A stretch of 64,000 nucleotides of DNA, the filler included, from Reclinomonas americana ATCC 50394 (lineage: Eukaryota): NCBI GenBank assembly GCA_048213135.1. It is 14 parts of 14 records of this genome, joined end to end, with 100 filler letters (N's around TTAATTAATTAA, not from the genome) between each part and the next. Parts side by side here need not be neighbours in the genome. Positions count along the whole stretch, not along the records: positions 8,133 to 15,442 come from AFZH01017674.1; positions 15,543 to 20,519 come from AFZH01017675.1; positions 20,620 to 27,025 come from AFZH01017676.1; 11 more parts are not named here. One strand, written 5' to 3'. Every line of letters begins with the position of its first letter. The first letter of the stretch is position 1. The translations under genes and the position numbers were made by a program. Shown here one piece after another: positions 11,101-23,700 of the stretch. Under the pieces are notes generated by a model that was not told where the DNA came from, did not search any database, and saw only the letters and a list, made by a program, of their open reading frames with translations.

Positions 11101-13951
11101 ATTATGGCGCCAATTGTGCTGCCATCCACCGTCCGGCATCACCAGCGCATTCCTGTTGAGCTCGTTTGCAAGGAGTGTGGCATCCCTCCATCGAAAGCAG
11201 GCTGCCTTTCGACGGCAGTTGTGAGCTCATTCGGCAAGAGTTTTGGCAGTGTCGTCCGACACGTACGCGACGGGACACCCAAGTCTGTTGAGGGAGTGCT
11301 GCAGATGATGAGCGACTTTATCGAGGTGAGCTGCATTCATTTAGCGCGACTGAATCAATATCATCGCTAATGTTCGTGGCATTATGCAGAAGAGTGAACT
11401 GCGTGGCGCTGCTCTGGCGAATGCCATTGAGAGACCCCTGGTTGTTGTGGATGAACGTGGCTATTCGGAGGTTGGCTGCCTTGCACTCAGTGTTCGTTGT
11501 ACATATTGGCTGCCATATACTCATGCTCCGTGTTCTGGAATTGGTTGTCAGGAGTCGTCAAAGTTGCCGACGATGCAGCGCAGCACGCAGACACCTATTC
11601 AGCCATTCGTCACGCAGGCAATGCAAGCTATCCACAACTGCCCTGGCCTGCTGTCCACTCTGCTTCGAGACGGCTGTCTTTCGAAGACAGAGATCACACG
11701 TGCTGTCCAGTGGTGCAGTGAACGAGGTTTGGCTGCGTGACTTTCATAGCTGCATAGTGTACGCATGTGCTCACCAACGACTGAACAGCAATGAGGGAGA
11801 TGGAGATGGTGAAGAAAGCGGAGAAGAGGGAGGAAGAGCAGGAGGACGAGGACGATGGCAAGGTACGCCCGTCGCTCGTTTCCGTTAGATGCAAGACAGT
11901 GCTAATTCTGTGTGGTTTGCGCTTCACAGCGCCGCAAGAGTGGTCATGGGAAGCTTAGCATCAACGAGCAACTGATGTTGGCGAAACTGCTTGTTGCGTG
12001 TTGCTGTTATCTCTGCATGTCACCGACAATGCTGTTACTCCCATCTGTTCACCTCGCCTCGGAGCAGGGTCGCAATAAGAAGAGGATGCTGGTGAAGGCA
12101 TTCGGTTTGATGGCACCCGTTGTGCTGAAATCAATAGTCATGCATCATCAGCGCGTTCTCTTCCAGCTTGCCTGTGACGAATGCGGAATACCGTTTGAGG
12201 GACCAGGGTGTCCATCAGCCGCAGTCATATCTGCATTTGTCAAGACTCTTGCCACAAGTGCCAATACAGCACGCGGCAAGACGCCCAAATCAGTTTTGGG
12301 CGTTCTCGAGAGCATGAGCAACTTCATAGAGGTGAGTGTGTCGGTGTGTTGTTTCGGTATCCTTCCGATTGTTATGTGCGTGGTACCTGACTCGACTTCG
12401 ACGTGGATGTCACCATCAGAAGAGTGGTCTTCGGGGAGCTGAGCTGGTGGATGTTTTCGAGAGGCCACTGATTGTGATTGATGAACGTGGTTACTCTGAG
12501 GTGCGTGTGAAATTGTGTGTGCTGATGCGCGTCATTGAAAGCTGGCTCACGAGCTGCTGTGGCTTGGATGGCAGGAATCGGCAGCAAAATCGCAGAGGGG
12601 AGGCGCTTCCAATGTTCTTTCGCCATTCGTTACCCAGGCCATGCAGGCTCTCCACGGCTGTCCAGACCTGCTGGCCACTCTGCTTCGGGACGGCTGCCTT
12701 TCGCAGGCGGAAATTGCACGTGCCGCCGAATGGTGCGGTAAACGAGGTTTGGCTGCTTGTGCTCGTGGTTTCATTGCATACGTGTGCTGAGACATGGGTG
12801 AACAGCCCTGAGGGATATGGAGATGATGGAGAAAGAGGAGGAGAGGGAGGGTGAGCGGGAAGATGATGACGACAGCGAGAATGTGGACGATGACGCGAAG
12901 AGAAAGAAGGTATGCCCGACGCTGCTTTCCATGAGAGATGTTTGAGGTGCGTCTCAACACTGCGTGGTCTGTGTTTCACAGCGCCGCAAGATTGATCCTG
13001 CGAAGTTGAGCATCAACGAGCAATTGATGCTTGCGAAACTGCTTGTTACGTGTTCTTTGTATCGCCGACATTGCTGTCATCGTCGGCTCCTCACTCGCTC
13101 CCACCCATCCGTCACACCCGAGAGCAGGGCGGTAACAAGAAGAGGATGATGGTGAAGACATTCGGTCTCCTGGCACCCGTGGTGATGGAGTCTTCAGTCC
13201 GCCATCATCAGCATGTTCTCGTCCAGCTGGCCTGTGATGACTGCGGAATACCATCGAGGGGACCGGGCCGTCCATCATCCGCAGTCATGGCTGCATTCGG
13301 CAAGAGTCTTGCCGGCACTGCCAACACGGCACGCCGCACGACGCTCAAGTCAGTTGAGGGTGTGCTCGAGAGCGTGAGTAACTTCATCGAGGCGAGTGCC
13401 AGTTTGTGCATATCCGCGTGTGTTGTGTCTGGCAACTGACCGAGCTTCCATTGTGTGCATGTGGAATCAATAGAAGAGCGATCTTCGAGGAGCTGTGCTG
13501 GTGGATGCTGTCGAAAGACCACTAATTGCGATTGACGAGCGCGGTTACTCTGAGGCATGTCAATTATGATTGTGTACGCTGTTGTGATTTGACGATGCTG
13601 ACTTACTATGCTTTCTCGGATTGTAGGAATGTGCCGAGCACATTCGGAAGGGAGGCACTCCAAATGCTCTTCTGCCTTTTGTCACGCAAGCCATGCAACT
13701 GCTCCGCAACTGTCCTGGCCTGCTGGCCACTCTGCTTCGAGACGGTTGTCTTTCAAAGGCGGATATTGCGCGTGCTGGTGAGAGCTCTAACTTCAATGAT
13801 CAGGGAGCACTTGCTGTTGTTGGATGTTGTGCGAGCATCAGCACTAACGAGCAGAAGTGCAGTGCTGAGTGACGATAAGCCAGTGAAGATGGAGGTGGTG
13901 AAGAAAGAGGAGGAGGAGGAGGAGGAGGAGGAGGAAGGCGAGGACATGTAG
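8200..13951 (+). CDS. Modular repeat protein paralog 1 (5' end in gap): NLS plus five modules A-B-C-D-E plus acidic tail
   Basis: Each module has the same exon set. The 264-nt core exons lie at 8835-9098, 10000-10263, 11062-11325, 12068-12331 and 13128-13391, followed by KSELRG.ALxDAxERPLIVVDERGHSE and LxxCxGLxxxLxRDGCLSxAEIARAxxWC exons. PPKKKK at about 8553-8570; TAG at 13949-13951. Confidence 0.8.
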
Positions 13952-15118
13952 AACAAGCAATTCAAGGTGGTGGAGGAGGAGGGGCTGGGTGTGAAGAGTA
14001 AGACGCTGCCATGGATGGACGATGATATATGCCTGCATTGGTGCGTGGCGAGAGAGTGGGAGTGAGTGGCAGCAGGAGGAATGAGAGAGGGGAAGAGGTT
14101 CCAATGGACAAGCAGCACATGTATGTTGTTTGTGAGAATGGTGGAGCTTGTCGAAGAAGAAAATTGCAGAAACCCAGTGCACTATAGCTAAGAGTGATAT
14201 TTGTGAACAAGTGCCGTATTTCTCTGCATGCAGCTGACTGCTGTTGTTATCGCAGGAGAAAGAGCAAGATGAGTGAAGAATTGGAACCAGGGCCAACATT
14301 TGACTTGGTGGGCGAGTGAATGCTGTTGTGCATGTAGCCGCTACGGAGGCATGCATTTGCTGTCGTGATTTTGCATGAGAATGGCTGTCTTGTTGACCAA
14401 GGCCAGCCATATTCGTAATCAACGACATTTGCTTCTTCTCTTTTCATGACAGCGGCAGCGCAGTACACCGCGGTGCATGATGGCCCACCAGCAGCTGCGG
14501 GGGAGGGAGTCGTCGATCGCGAGATTGTGCAAGTGACTCGTATTTCCTGTGGATCGATGTGGATTGAGCAGCAGGCAATGCTGCTTCGTTGGGTCTATTG
14601 ATACTCCTGCACCTGCACTCGACACCATCTCTGCGGGTGCAGTTAGAATGCAGTCTTGATGGCGATCGGGGTTGTGGTTTTCAGCTGGATCGCGATATCG
14701 TGACTTCTCATTGTATCTGTCCGTGGCTCAATCTCGGTGTCCATCGAGGGGATGCTGCTCATGTGCCCTGTTGTACTCTCTGTGGAGTTGTTGTCCATCA
14801 TCATCTCAGCACCAGCTTCCCCTGATCCATGATCTCTCCATGATCAAAAACAAAGAGACATATGCGTTGCTGGTCATGGAGAACAATCGCAGTTGACGAT
14901 GCACCCAAGGATGCCCAGTTCACTCACATCATCTTCTCTTCTTCTTTCCTCTGCCACACTCCTCCTCCTCACCTTTCACATCACGACTTGTCACCTTATT
15001 CATCTTGCTGTTCGGATCAACGAATCTTCATTGCTTCTCACTCTCTCTCTCGATCTCTTCGTTTCTTGCATCACGCAGCGCGCGCGTGTGTGCAGATCAA
15101 CAACCAAGGCACGCACAA

Positions 15119-18100
15119 ATGGCCGCTCGACGTCCTCCTCCTCCTCCTCTTCCTCCACGCCCTCACTCAACAACAACAACAACTCCTTCGCTGTCAATGT
15201 CTGCCTCTTCTCCGTGCGACGACGAGAAAGCAGACATGATGCTCATCGACAGCAAGTATCATGTGACGACGATGCCGATGATGCATTCCTCCTCTCTCTC
15301 CCTCGACATCAACGATGATGCCGATGATGAGAAGAAGAAGAGCGCATTGGGGTCGTCTGCTCATCGTGGTGTGCCTGCAATGGCGAGGCGACGAGTGCCT
15401 GCCTCCTCCTCTTCTTCTTCGTCTTCTTCCACGTCTGCCACCNNNNNNNNNNNNNNNNNNNNNNNNNNNNNNNNNNNNNNNNNNNNTTAATTAATTAANN
15501 NNNNNNNNNNNNNNNNNNNNNNNNNNNNNNNNNNNNNNNNNNTCTCTCTCTCTCTCTCTCTCTTCTTCTTCTTCTTCTTCTTCTTCTTCTTCTTCTTCTT
15601 CTTCTTCATCATGGATTGTCGTTGTTTCATTCCCTGTTACAGAACCAGCTGGCTTGTTGAAGGACAAGAAGAAGAAGCACGCTGACGAGAGCACAGCCGC
15701 CATTGCCGCTGCCCGAAGTGACGCGGAGAATCACACTGAGCAGGGTGCGTCTCTCTCTGTCTCTCTCTCCTGCAGTCATTGGTGTTCTCGTGTCGCGTAG
15801 TGTCTCACCTGGGCGATGCATGCACACAGCTGCTCACCGGGAGCACATGGAACACACATCGATGGAAGGCATCGTCGAGGTACAGTGATTGTGTGTCATC
15901 CCAAGATAAGCATGTCTCTCATTCTCTCTCTCGCTCTCTCTGTTGGCGTGATTGCACAGCAACATGCAAGGAGACAGCGAGTAGATTCGTCCCTGGTGGA
16001 TCACATGGAGGGCATGCCTGCACGTAATTCAGTTGAGACATCATCCCGCAAGCGTTCTCTGGAGGTGAGCTCCGATGAGGCACGCATCTCACTTGCATCT
16101 ATCGCTCGTGCACCGCAGTTGACACCTGATGTTTCATTCACTCTCCGCAGGTTGATACATCCAGCGAGGACGAGCTTGCGCCGCCAACGAAGAAGAAGAA
16201 GGTTGGATTCTCTGTCGTTTTCATTGTTGTGCTTATTTGTCGATCTGTATGTGGTATCTTTGTGTCCCTGATGTATGTTGCGGATTTCTTCGGTGAAACA
16301 CTTGCAGCGCGTCAAATGCGGTCGCCGTTTGTATGATGTGGATCTGAGCAAGGACGACCGAAGCGTGCTGGGCAGACTGCTTGTTGCGTGTTTATGTGCT
16401 GCAATACCCCAGCAAGGCAGATTAGTTGCACTCTGCCAAGTGCTTGCCTGTCATAACACCTGGTGCGTGCGTCAATGTGTGCGAACAGCGGTGCAACAAG
16501 AAGAGGATACTGGAGATGGCATTCGGTATCATGGCACCGATTCTGAAACGAAACACAGTCTGGCATCATCAGCGCGTTCTCGTTGAACTCGCCTGCAAGG
16601 AGTGTGGTATTCCTTCATCGGGAGCTGGCAGTCCGTCGCCCGCAGTCATGGATTTATTCGGAAAGGCTCTTGTCCATGCCGTCAGTAACTCACGCACCAA
16701 AACGCCCAAATCAGTTGAGGGAGTGCTCCAGAGCATGAGCGACTTCATCGAGGTGAGCAGTCTGTGCTATCCATTTCACACGTGACTGCAAAGTGAACCA
16801 GCATGAATACATATGTAACTCTTGCAGAAGAGCGAACTGCGCGGCGCTGCTCTGGCAGATGCCGTTGAGAGACCGCTGATTGTGGTTGATGAACGTGGTC
16901 ATTCGGAGGTGTGCAAACTTTCCTTCGTGCGCTTTCTACATTTCCCAGTTTGCGTGTCCACTCATCCGCTTCTTTCACGATGTCAATCGTGTTGTAGGAG
17001 TCATGGAAAATGATGAAGATGAAGCCGAATGGCAACGACCTTCTCCTGCCGCTCGTCGTCCAAGCCGCGCAGGCCCTGCGTGAGTGTCCTGGCTTGCAAG
17101 CGTCGCTGATTCGAGACGGCTGTCTCTCCGAGGAGGAGATAGCACGGGTAGTCGAGTGGTGCAGTGAGAGAGGTTTGGTTACAGCAGGTTCATTCTATTG
17201 TGCGAAATGCCAGTGCTGACGAACGAGATGCAGCTCTGCTGGAGACCAAGGTGCTGAAGAAAGAAGACATGATGGAGGACGAAGTGGATAATTCGACGGA
17301 CGACTCCGGCGAAGGTGACAGGAGCAAGGTATGACCATGAATGATGGTGTGGGTGCATACTGGCATCGTCCTATGGAATGCATCCACAGCGACAAGGGAC
17401 TGCTCCAACAACGATGAGCAAGGACAAGAAGCTGATGTTGGCGAGGCTGCTTGTTGCGTGTCTTTGCAGTCATGTCTTTCTTCGGTAGTCGTCTTGCTGA
17501 TTGAGTACTTGTCGCACCACCGATGTGATTCATGGGAGAGCAGTGCTGCAATAAGAGGAAGATATTGGTGATGGCGTTCGGCGTCATGGCTCCGATGGTT
17601 ATGGGATCCACAATCTTCCATCATCAGCACATTCTTCTTGACTTGGCAAGCGAGGAGTGTGGCATCCCTTCATCGATTGCAGGCTGTCTTTCGGCGGTAG
17701 TCGTGAGTTCACTCGGCAAGAATTTTGCCAAGCTCGGCCAACAGGTACGCGATAAGACGCCCAAGTCTGTTGAGAGAGTGCTCCAGAGCATGAGCGACTT
17801 TATCGAGGTGAGCAGCGTCCATCTCACTCGACTGAATCAATATCATCGCTAATGTATGTGGCATTATGCAGAAGAGTGAACTGCGTGGCGCTGCTCTGGC
17901 GAATGTCATTGAGAGACCCCTGGTTGTGGTGGATGAACGTGGCTATTCGGAGGTTGGCTGCCCTGCACTCAATGTGCGTTGTACATATTGGCTGCCATAT
18001 TCTCATGCTTTGTGTTCTGGAATTTGGTCGTCAGGAGTCGTCAGGCTTGCCGAGGGTGCAGCGCAGCAGGCAGACACCTATTCAGCCATTCGTCACGCAG

Positions 18101-20519
18101 GCAATGCAAGCTCTCCACAACTGCCCTGGCCTGCTGGCCACTCTGCTGCAAAATGGTTGTCTTTCGAAGACAGAGATTGAACGTGCTGCCGAGTGGTGCG
18201 ATGAACGAGGTTGGGCTGCGTGACTTGCATAGCTGCACAGTGCGCGCATATGCTCACCAACGACTGAACAGCTTCAAGGGAGATGAAGATGGTGAAGAAA
18301 GAGGAGAAGAGGGAGGAAGAGCAGGAGGATGAGTACGATGGCAAGGTATGCCCGTCGCTCGTTTCCGTTAGATGCGAGGCAGGTGGGTGTCCTAACTTTG
18401 TATGGTTTGCGCCTCACTTAACAAGAGTGGTCATGGGAAGCTGAGCATCAACGAGCAACTGATTCTGGCGAGACTGCTTGTTGCGTGTTGTTGTTATCTC
18501 TGCATGTCACCGACAATGCTGTTACTCCCATCTGCTCACCTCGCCTTGGAGCAGGGTTGCAACAAGAAGAGGATGCTGGCGAAGGCATTCGGTTTGATGG
18601 CACCCGTGGTCATGCCATCCACGGTCCTCCATCATCAGCGCGTTCTCCTCCAACTTGCCTGTGACGAATGCGGAATACCGTTGGGGGGACGGGGCTGCCC
18701 TTCGGCCGCAGTCTTGTCTGCATTCAGCAAGAGTCTTGCCGATAGTGCCAGCACGGCGCGCGGCACGACGCCCAAGTCGGTGGAGGGTGTGCTCAAGAGT
18801 GTCAGCATTATCATAGAGGTGAATGTGTCGGTGTGTTGTTTCAGTATCCTTCCGATTGTTATGTGCGTGGTACCTGACTCGACTTTGACGTGGATGTCGC
18901 CATCAGAAGAGTGGTCTTCGAGGAGTTGAGCTGGTGGATGCCGTCGAGAAGCCACTGATTGTGATTGACAAACGTGGTTACTCTCAGGTGCGTATGAAAT
19001 GGTGTGTGCTGATGCGCGTCATGGAAAGCTGGCTCACAGTGGATGGTAGGAGATTGCTAAGTCGCAGAAGCGAGGCGCTTCCAATGTTCTTTCGCCACAC
19101 GTCAGACAGGCCATACAGGCTCTCCACGGCTGTCCAGACCTGCTGGCCACTCTGCTTCGGGGCGGCTGCCTTTCGCAGGCGGAGATTGCACGTGCCGCCG
19201 AATGGTGCAGTAAAAGAGGTTTGGCTGTTTGTGCTCGTGGCTTTGTTGCTTACTTGTGCTGAGACATGAGTGAACAGCCCTGAGAGATATGGAGATGGCG
19301 AGGGAAGAGGAGAAAAGGAAGGATGAGCGGGAAGATAATGACGACAGCGACAATGAGGACGATGACGTGAAGAGAAAGAAGGTACGCCCGACGCTGCGTT
19401 CCTTGTCATGCATGAAGTACGTCTCAATACTGCGTGGCCTGTGTTTTGACAGCGCCGCAAGACTGATCCTGCGAAGTTGAGCATCAACGAGCAATTGATG
19501 CTGGCGAGATTGCTTGTTACGTGTTTTTTGTATCGCCGACATTGCTGTCATCGTCAGCTCCTCACTCACTCCCACCCATCCGTCACACCTGAGAGCAGGG
19601 CGGTAACAGGAAGAGGATGACGGTGAAGGCATTCGGCCTCATGGCACCCGTGGTGATGGGATCCACAGTCCTCCATCATCAGCGCGTTCTCCTCCAGCTT
19701 GCCTGTGACGACTGCGGAATACCATCGAAGGGACCGGGCTGTCCATCATCCGCAGTCATGGCTGCATTTAGCAAGAGTCTTGCCAGCAGTGCCCGATTGG
19801 CACGCAGCAAGACGCTCAAGTCAGTGGAGGGTGTGCTCGAGAGCGTGAGTAACTTCATCGAGGTGAGTGCCAGTTTGTAATATCTGATTCACATTCGCTT
19901 GTGGTGTGTCTGGCAACTGACCGAGCTTCCATCGTGCGCCTGTGGAATCATTAGAAGAGCCGACTTCGAGAAGCTGCGCTGGTGGATGCTGTCGAGAGAC
20001 CACTGATTGTGATTGATGAGCGTGGGCACTCTGAGGCATGTCAAGTATGATTGTGTACGCTGTTGTGATTTGACGATGCTGACTTACTATGCTTTCTCGG
20101 ATTGTAGGAATGTGCCGAGCTCATTCGGAAGGGAAGCACTCCAAATGCTCTTCTGCCTTTTGTCACACAAGCCATGCATCTGCTCCACAACTGTCCTGGC
20201 CTGCTGGCCACTCTGCTTCAAGACGGTTGTCTTTCAAAGGCGGAGATTGAGCGTGCTGGTGAGAGCTCCCAAATGCAACAATGTGGGAGCATCTGCTGTT
20301 TTTGCATGTCGTGCCACCGTCATTTCTAACGAGCATAATGCAGTGGTGGGCGACGAGAAGCCGGTGAAGATGGAGATGGTGAAGAAAGAGGAGGGGGAGG
20401 AGGAGGAGGAGGAGGAGGAGGAGGAGGAGGAGGAGGAGGAGGAGGAGGAGGAGGAGGAGGAGGAGGAGGAGGAGGAGGAGGAGGAGGAGGAGGAGGAGGA
20501 GGAGGTAGGAGGAGGAGGA
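15119..20519 (+). CDS. Modular repeat protein paralog 2: four modules B-C-D-E (A absent); 3' end in gap
   Basis: Core exons at 16489-16752, 17544-17807, 18555-18818 and 19599-19862. The putative first exon from ATG 15119 (MAARRPPPP...) lies across the 15443 gap, so its assignment is tentative. Ends in a poly-Glu (GAG)n run. Confidence 0.75.
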
Positions 20520-20700
20520 NNNNNNNNNNNNNNNNNNNNNNNNNNNNNNNNNNNNNNNNNNNNTTAATTAATTAANNNNNNNNNNNNNNNNNNNNNNNNN
20601 NNNNNNNNNNNNNNNNNNNTTCTTCTTCTTCTTCTTCTTGTTCTTCTTCTTCTTCTTCTTTCTAATCATGGATTGTCGTGTGTTTCATTCCCTGTTACAG

Positions 20701-23700
20701 AACCAGCTGGCTTGTTGAAGGACAAGAAGAAGAAGCACACCGACGAGAGCACAGCTGCCATTGCCGCAGCCCAAAGTGACGCGGAGAATCACGCTGAGCA
20801 GGGTGCGTCTCTCTCTCTCTCTTGCTGTCTGTGGTGTTCTCGCGTCACGTAATGTCTCATCTGGGCGATGCATGCCACACAGCTGCCCACCAGGAGCACA
20901 TGGAACACACAGCGATGGAAGGCGTTGTCGAGGTACAGTGATTGTGTGTCATCCCAAGATTAGCAAGTCTCTCACTAAACTCTTTCTCTCTCTCTCTCTT
21001 GGTATGATTGCACAGCAACGTGTGAGGAGGCAGCGAGTGGACTCATCTCCGGTGGACCACAGTGAGAACTTGCCTTCGCGTGACTCAGTTGAGATATCAT
21101 CCCGCAAGCGTTCGCTGGAGGTGAACTCCGATGAGGCGCGCGTCTCACTTTGCCTGTCGCTCGTGCTTCTTAGTTGACACCTGACGTATTGTTCATTCTC
21201 TGCAGGTGGATTCATCCAACGATGATGAGCTTGCACCGCCAAAGAAGAAGAAGAAGGTGTGAATTCTCTTTCGCTGACATTGTTGTACTTGTTCATCGAT
21301 CTGCATTTGGGTTCTCTGGTGTGTCAATCATGCGTGCTGTGGGTTCACAGCTCGGCAAGACTCGAGCTGCGAAAACCCCAGTGGAGTTGAGCGCAGACGA
21401 GGAGCTGCTGCTGAACAAGCTGCTTGTTTCGTGTGCATGCTCTCTCTGTCATCATTGCACCCCACCTTGCTCCTCCTTCTCCTCGTCGCACTCACGATTC
21501 TTCTCCTGTCACTCGCAGCGATGCAATCGGAAGAGGATCCTGGTGAAGGCATTCGGGTTGATGGCACCCGTTGTTCAGAAGTCCACTGTCGTCCACCATC
21601 AGAGTGCTATCTTCGACATTGCCTGCGACGACTGCAGAATTCCATCGTCGGAGCGGGGTTGCTCGTTGTCTGCAGTCAAGTGTGCATTCGGCAAGAAGCT
21701 TGGCGACACTGCCAATAATTCACGCCACTCAATACCCAAATCTGTGGAGGGTGTGCTCCAGAGCGTGAGCAACTATATCGAGGTGAGCAAGCGTGTGCGT
21801 TGTGACGGCCGTGGCATATTGAACCAACATGCAGATGATTGCACAATGCAGATGAGCCAGCTCAGCGGCGCGGCTCTGGCGGATGCTATTGAGAGACCGC
21901 TGATTGTGGTGGATGAGCGTGGGCATTCGAAGGTTCGTTGTATCTGCACGATACGTTTTGTCTGTTGCGATCGTGTCGACTGATCCTCGTTTATTCGGCT
22001 TGTTCGAGATAGGAATCATGGGAGAGAATGCCAACAGCAACCAAGACCAGGAAAGACCATCTTCAGCCGTTTGTCACACAGGCCATGGGTGCGCTGCGCA
22101 AGTGTGATGGTCTCACGACTGCTCTTCTCCGAGACAGCCACCTCTCTGATGCCGAGATTGCACGCGCCGTCACGTGGTGCCACTCGAATGGTCTGCAATT
22201 TCATGCGTCTGTTGGTGTTGCATGCACTAGTGTTGACCAGCATTACGCAGAGTCTGGCGATGTGAAAATGGTGGTGAAGAAAGACGACGATGACATCAAG
22301 CATGAAGAAGTTGACACCAAGGTGAGCATCAACAGTTCATGAATGACGGAGATTGGGTGTGTGTTCGTGGACTCGGCCACGCGCTGATGCGTTGCGTTCA
22401 CAGGAGGATGCAGGAAGTGAAGATGGTGAAGAATCAAAGACGAGCAAGGTACGGCGTCGTCGCCGCCTGTGTATGGCTTGGCAGGCAGTTGTGTTGATTG
22501 TCGATGTCTCATGGGGTGCGTACTTGCAGCACGTCAAGTGCGGTCGCGTTGTAGTCGATGCGGATTCGAGCAAGGACGACCGAATCGTGCTGCACAGACT
22601 GCTTGTTGCGTGTGTGTGTGCTGCAATACCCCAGCAAGGCAGATTAGTTGCACTTTGCCATGTGCTTGCCTGTCATTACGCCTAATGCATGCGCATGTGT
22701 GCGAACAGCGGTGCAACAAAAAGAAGATATTGGTGACGGCATTCGGTTTCATGGCGCCGATTCTGAAGCCATCCACTGTTTTGCATTATCAGCGCGTTCT
22801 CGTTGAACTCGCCTGCAAGGAGTGCGGTATTCTTTCATCGGGAGCTGGCAGTCCGTCGCCCGCAGTCACGGATTCATTCGGAAAGACTCTTGGCCATGTC
22901 GCCAATGACGCACGCAAATGCACCCCCAAATCAGTTGAGGGAGTGCTCCAGATGATGAGCAAGTTCATCGAGGTGAGCATCGGTCTGTGTTATCCATCTT
23001 ACACGTGACTGCAAAGTGAACCAGCATGAATACATGTAACTCTTGCAGAAGAGTGAACTCCGCGGTGCTGCTCTGGCGGATGCCATTGAGAGACCACTGA
23101 TTGTGGTTGATGAACGGGGTCATTCGGAGGTGTGCAAACTTTCCATTGTGTGCTCTTTCTACATTTCCCGGTTTGTGCCCACTCACCCACTTCTTTCACA
23201 ATGTCGATCGTGCTTCAGGAGTCATGGAATATGATGAAGACGGAACGGAACAACAACGACCGTCTCCTGCCTCTCATCGCCCAAACCGCGCTGGTCGTGC
23301 GTGAGTGTCCTGGCTTGCAAGCGTCGCTGATTCGAAATGGCTGTCTCTCCGAGGTGGAGATCGCAAGGGCCGTCGAGTGGTGCAGTGAGAGAGGTTTGAT
23401 TGCATCGGGCGTGTCCGGCTGTGCAACTTGTCAGGCCTGACGAACGAGATGCAGCTCTGCTGGAGGCCAAGGTGCTGAAGAAAGAAGAGATGAAAAAGGA
23501 GGAGGAAAAGGAGGATGATTTGAGGGTTGACGGGGAGGAAGATGAGAAGGACGACATGGGTGAGAGTGACAGGAGCAAGGTATGGCCATGAATAGTTGGG
23601 GTGGGTGCACAGTGTGGCATGTCTTCACAGTGTGTATCCACAGCGACGAGGGACTGCTCCTACAACAATGAGCAAGGACGAGCAACTGATGTTGGCGAGG

